Part shown: positions 61,017 to 64,000 of the stretch, piece by piece
Numbering within the stretch: position 1 is the stretch's first letter
Layout: the number at the start of each line of letters is the position of its first letter
NCBI GenBank assembly: GCA_965215335.1
Contig: CBDCDA010000001.1
Location: forward strand, 192,001-256,000
DNA from: an uncultured Candidatus Entotheonella sp.
Lineage (GTDB): Bacteria; Tectomicrobia; Entotheonellia; Entotheonellales; Entotheonellaceae
DNA length: 64,000 nucleotides
Direction of reading: 5' to 3'
Position numbers and translations under genes: made by a program
Notes under the pieces: generated by a model
What the model was told of the DNA's origin: nothing
Databases searched by the model: none
Seen by the model: only the letters and a program-made list of their open reading frames with translations

Positions 61017-61600
61017 ATGTTTACCCTGCACGCCATCGACTGGCTGATCATCGGCCTGTACGTCGTGCTGGCCCTGGGCGTCGGGATGGCGTTCAAGAGC
61101 CGCGCCGGGCGCAACCGGACAAGTTACTTCCTGGCCGGACGTGCCCTGCCGTGGTGGTGGGTCGGCGCCTCCATGGCCGCCGCCACCTTTGCCGCGGACA
61201 CTCCCCTGGCGGTTACCGGCATCATTGCAGACAAAGGATTATCGGGCAACTGGCTATGGATACCGGTCATCGGCGTGCACGCCGGCGTATTCGTCATTTT
61301 TGCCGCCAACTGGAGCCGCGGCGGGGTGATGACGGACGCCGAGCTGATTCGGGTGCGCTATTCTGGACGGACGGCATACGCGCTGCGCTGATGCCGGGCC
61401 GGGCTGCGATTGCCGCAAAACTGCGTGGTGCTCGGCGGCGGTGACGAGCGGCGCCCTGTTGCTGCTGTTCGTCGGTCATCAGGGACTGTTCAGCGGCTGG
61501 CGACCGGACGTGATAGCCGCGGGCGTGGCGGCTTTGGGGTTGTTGTACGCCGGCACGACGCTGCGGCCGAGTCGTTGGCAAGGTAGCGCGGGGTCTTTGC
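61017..61600 (+). pseudogene. Sodium:solute symporter, truncated
   Basis: YFLAGRALPWW..SMAAATFAADTPLAV N-terminus, stop at 61391 after only 124 aa; hydrophobic fragments follow. Confidence 0.75.
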
Positions 61601-61635
61601 AACCTGCCCCGTCATGGAGAGGGCCTGAGACGATC

Positions 61636-62016
61636 ATGCAGGTCTCAACCTACGTGTGGATCGGAATCGGCGGATTCTTCGGGGCGGTGGTGCGCCATGG
61701 GCTTGACACCTGGCTAACAACTCGTTGGGGCGTGGCGTTTCCGTATGGTACGCTTTTCGTGAACGTCAGCGGCAGCTTTGCGTTGTGTCTGGTCATCGCC
61801 ATGCTGAGCCGGGACTTCGACGTGGCGCCCGCTCTGCGCTTGGCCCTGACGGCCGGCTTCCTGGGCTCGTACACGACGTTTTCGACGTTCAGCGCCGAAG
61901 CGCTCCTGTTACTGGAGAACGGTTACGCGCTGCGCGGGCTGACCTACGTCGTCGGCAGCGTGGCAGGAGGCGGGCTGATGGGCGCTGCGGGCTTGCTGTT
62001 GGGGCGATCGCTGTAG
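61636..62016 (+). CDS. crcB: Fluoride efflux channel CrcB/FluC
   Basis: GGFFGAVVR, FPYGTLFVNVSG, GFLGSYTTFSTF. Confidence 0.92.
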   Translation: MQVSTYVWIGIGGFFGAVVRHGLDTWLTTRWGVAFPYGTLFVNVSGSFALCLVIAMLSRDFDVAPALRLALTAGFLGSYTTFSTFSAEALLLLENGYALRGLTYVVGSVAGGGLMGAAGLLLGRSL

Positions 62017-62065
62017 GTGCGGACTTCACAGACCTGCCCTGAACCCCTTCCAGGAAGCGCGCGAC

Positions 62066-62767
<702 letters not shown>

Positions 62768-62768
62768 C

Positions 62769-64000
62769 ATGATGCACCGCCTGCCCATCTTCTGGCGATT
62801 GTTTCTCAGCTACCTGCCGGCGGTGGTGCTGGCCCTGCTGGTATTCTTTGCCGGAGATTACCCCCGGCAGGACGGCGCGAACGCCGTCCCCCGGCCCCCT
62901 CGGTTTCTCGCTGTCGGCGCCGTCATGCTCACCGCAATAGCCGCCGGCATCGGGCTGATCTCTTCGGAGCGTATCAGTCGCTCCCTCCAGGTCATGCGCG
63001 CCAGTGCGGAGCACTTTGCGGTTGGCGATTTCTCCCACCGGCTCCGAATCCCAAACACCCCCGAAATGGGCAACCTGGCCGCCACGCTCAACAACATGGC
63101 GGCGCAGCTCGAGGACCAGATCAGCGTCGTGACACAGCAGCGCAACGAGCAGGAGGCCATTCTCGTCAGTATGCGGGAAGGCGTGCTGGCGCTGGATCCG
63201 CAGGCCCACGTCATCGCCATGAACCCCGCCGCGGAGGCGCTTCTGGCGGTGCCGGCGACGCAGGCACGCGGCCGGACGGTTCAGGAGGTCATCCGCAACG
63301 TCGGGCTGCAGCGACTGCTCACCGACGCCATGTCCATGGCCGAGCCGAGCATGGGAGAAATCGTGCTGCGCGGCGATGAGGAGCGCTCCCTGCAAGTGAC
63401 TGCAACCGCCCTGCGCGATGCCGCGGGGCGCGACCTCGGCATGCTGGTGGTGTTGAACGACATCACCCAGCTACGCCGGCTGGAAAACATTCGCCGCGAC
63501 TTCGTGGCCAACGTCTCGCACGAGCTCAAGACCCCGGTCACCAGCATCAAGGGCTTCGTGGAAACCCTGCGCGACGGCGCTCTGGACGACCGCCCGCAGG
63601 CGGAACGATTCCTGGAAATCGTCGCCCATCACGCCGACCGCCTGCACGCCATTATCGAGGATCTGCTCAGTCTCTCACGGTTGGAGCAAAGCAGCCAGAT
63701 CACCGAGATTCCCCGACCCGAGATGAAACTGAGCGCCATCGTCGAGGCCGCGGTGCTCGATTGCGCCGCCAAGGCTACGGCGCGGCAGGTCACGGTCGTC
63801 CCGGCCTGCGCCCCCGGCCTGTACGTCAATGCCAACGCCCCCTTGCTGGAACAGGCCATCGTCAATCTGCTGGATAACGCCATCAGTTACAGCAACGCCA
63901 ACGGCACCGTGTGGCTGACGGCGCGGCAGGAGAATGGCGCGGTGCACATCGACGTGCGCGACGAAGGCATCGGCATCGCGTCGGAGCACGTGTCACGCAT
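62769..64000 (+). CDS. PhoR-like sensor histidine kinase (HAMP-PAS-HisKA), runs off the window end
   Basis: ATG 62769; H-box RRDFVANVSHELKTP; N-box NLLDNAI; DEGIGI. Confidence 0.88.
   Translation, partial: MMHRLPIFWRLFLSYLPAVVLALLVFFAGDYPRQDGANAVPRPPRFLAVGAVMLTAIAAGIGLISSERISRSLQVMRASAEHFAVGDFSHRLRIPNTPEMGNLAATLNNMAAQLEDQISVVTQQRNEQEAILVSMREGVLALDPQAHVIAMNPAAEALLAVPATQARGRTVQEVIRNVGLQRLLTDAMSMAEPSMGEIVLRGDEERSLQVTATALRDAAGRDLGMLVVLNDITQLRRLENIRRDFVANVSHELKTPVTSIKGFVETLRDGALDDRPQAERFLEIVAHHADRLHAIIEDLLSLSRLEQSSQITEIPRPEMKLSAIVEAAVLDCAAKATARQVTVVPACAPGLYVNANAPLLEQAIVNLLDNAISYSNANGTVWLTARQENGAVHIDVRDEGIGIASEHVSR

Overview
High-GC bacterial window in which housekeeping and metabolic genes (ABC transporters, oxidoreductases, a two-component system) are interleaved with three defence blocks. 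Block 1 (9298-21250, +) is a SNF2 helicase / DUF1156 methyltransferase / DUF499 ATPase operon (Hma-like). Its methyltransferase carries an in-frame REP-flanked HUH transposase (RAYT), and a Schlafen/AlbA_2 gene is embedded in the operon. Block 2 (28810-36562) is a lower-GC island bounded by 39-bp direct repeats, encoding a SNF2 helicase, a sacsin-like ATPase with an HNH-like C-terminus, and two toxin-antitoxin modules. Block 3 (44329-58586, -) is a second Hma-like operon. A cas13a gene (two intact HEPN RxxxxH motifs) with a leader and a mini CRISPR array (two perfect 36-bp Cas13a-type repeats plus a degenerate third, no cas1/cas2) lies between its helicase and methyltransferase. The nested Cas13a/Hma locus is the top candidate for an undescribed system, and one of its spacers resembles the REP palindromes flanking the RAYT in block 1. 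Separately, a linalool dehydratase-like gene (7447-8976, -) has an in-frame TGA at a predicted catalytic Cys position, followed by an fdhF-like SECIS hairpin, so it is a probable selenoprotein. All family assignments come from motif recognition and recall, not database searches.
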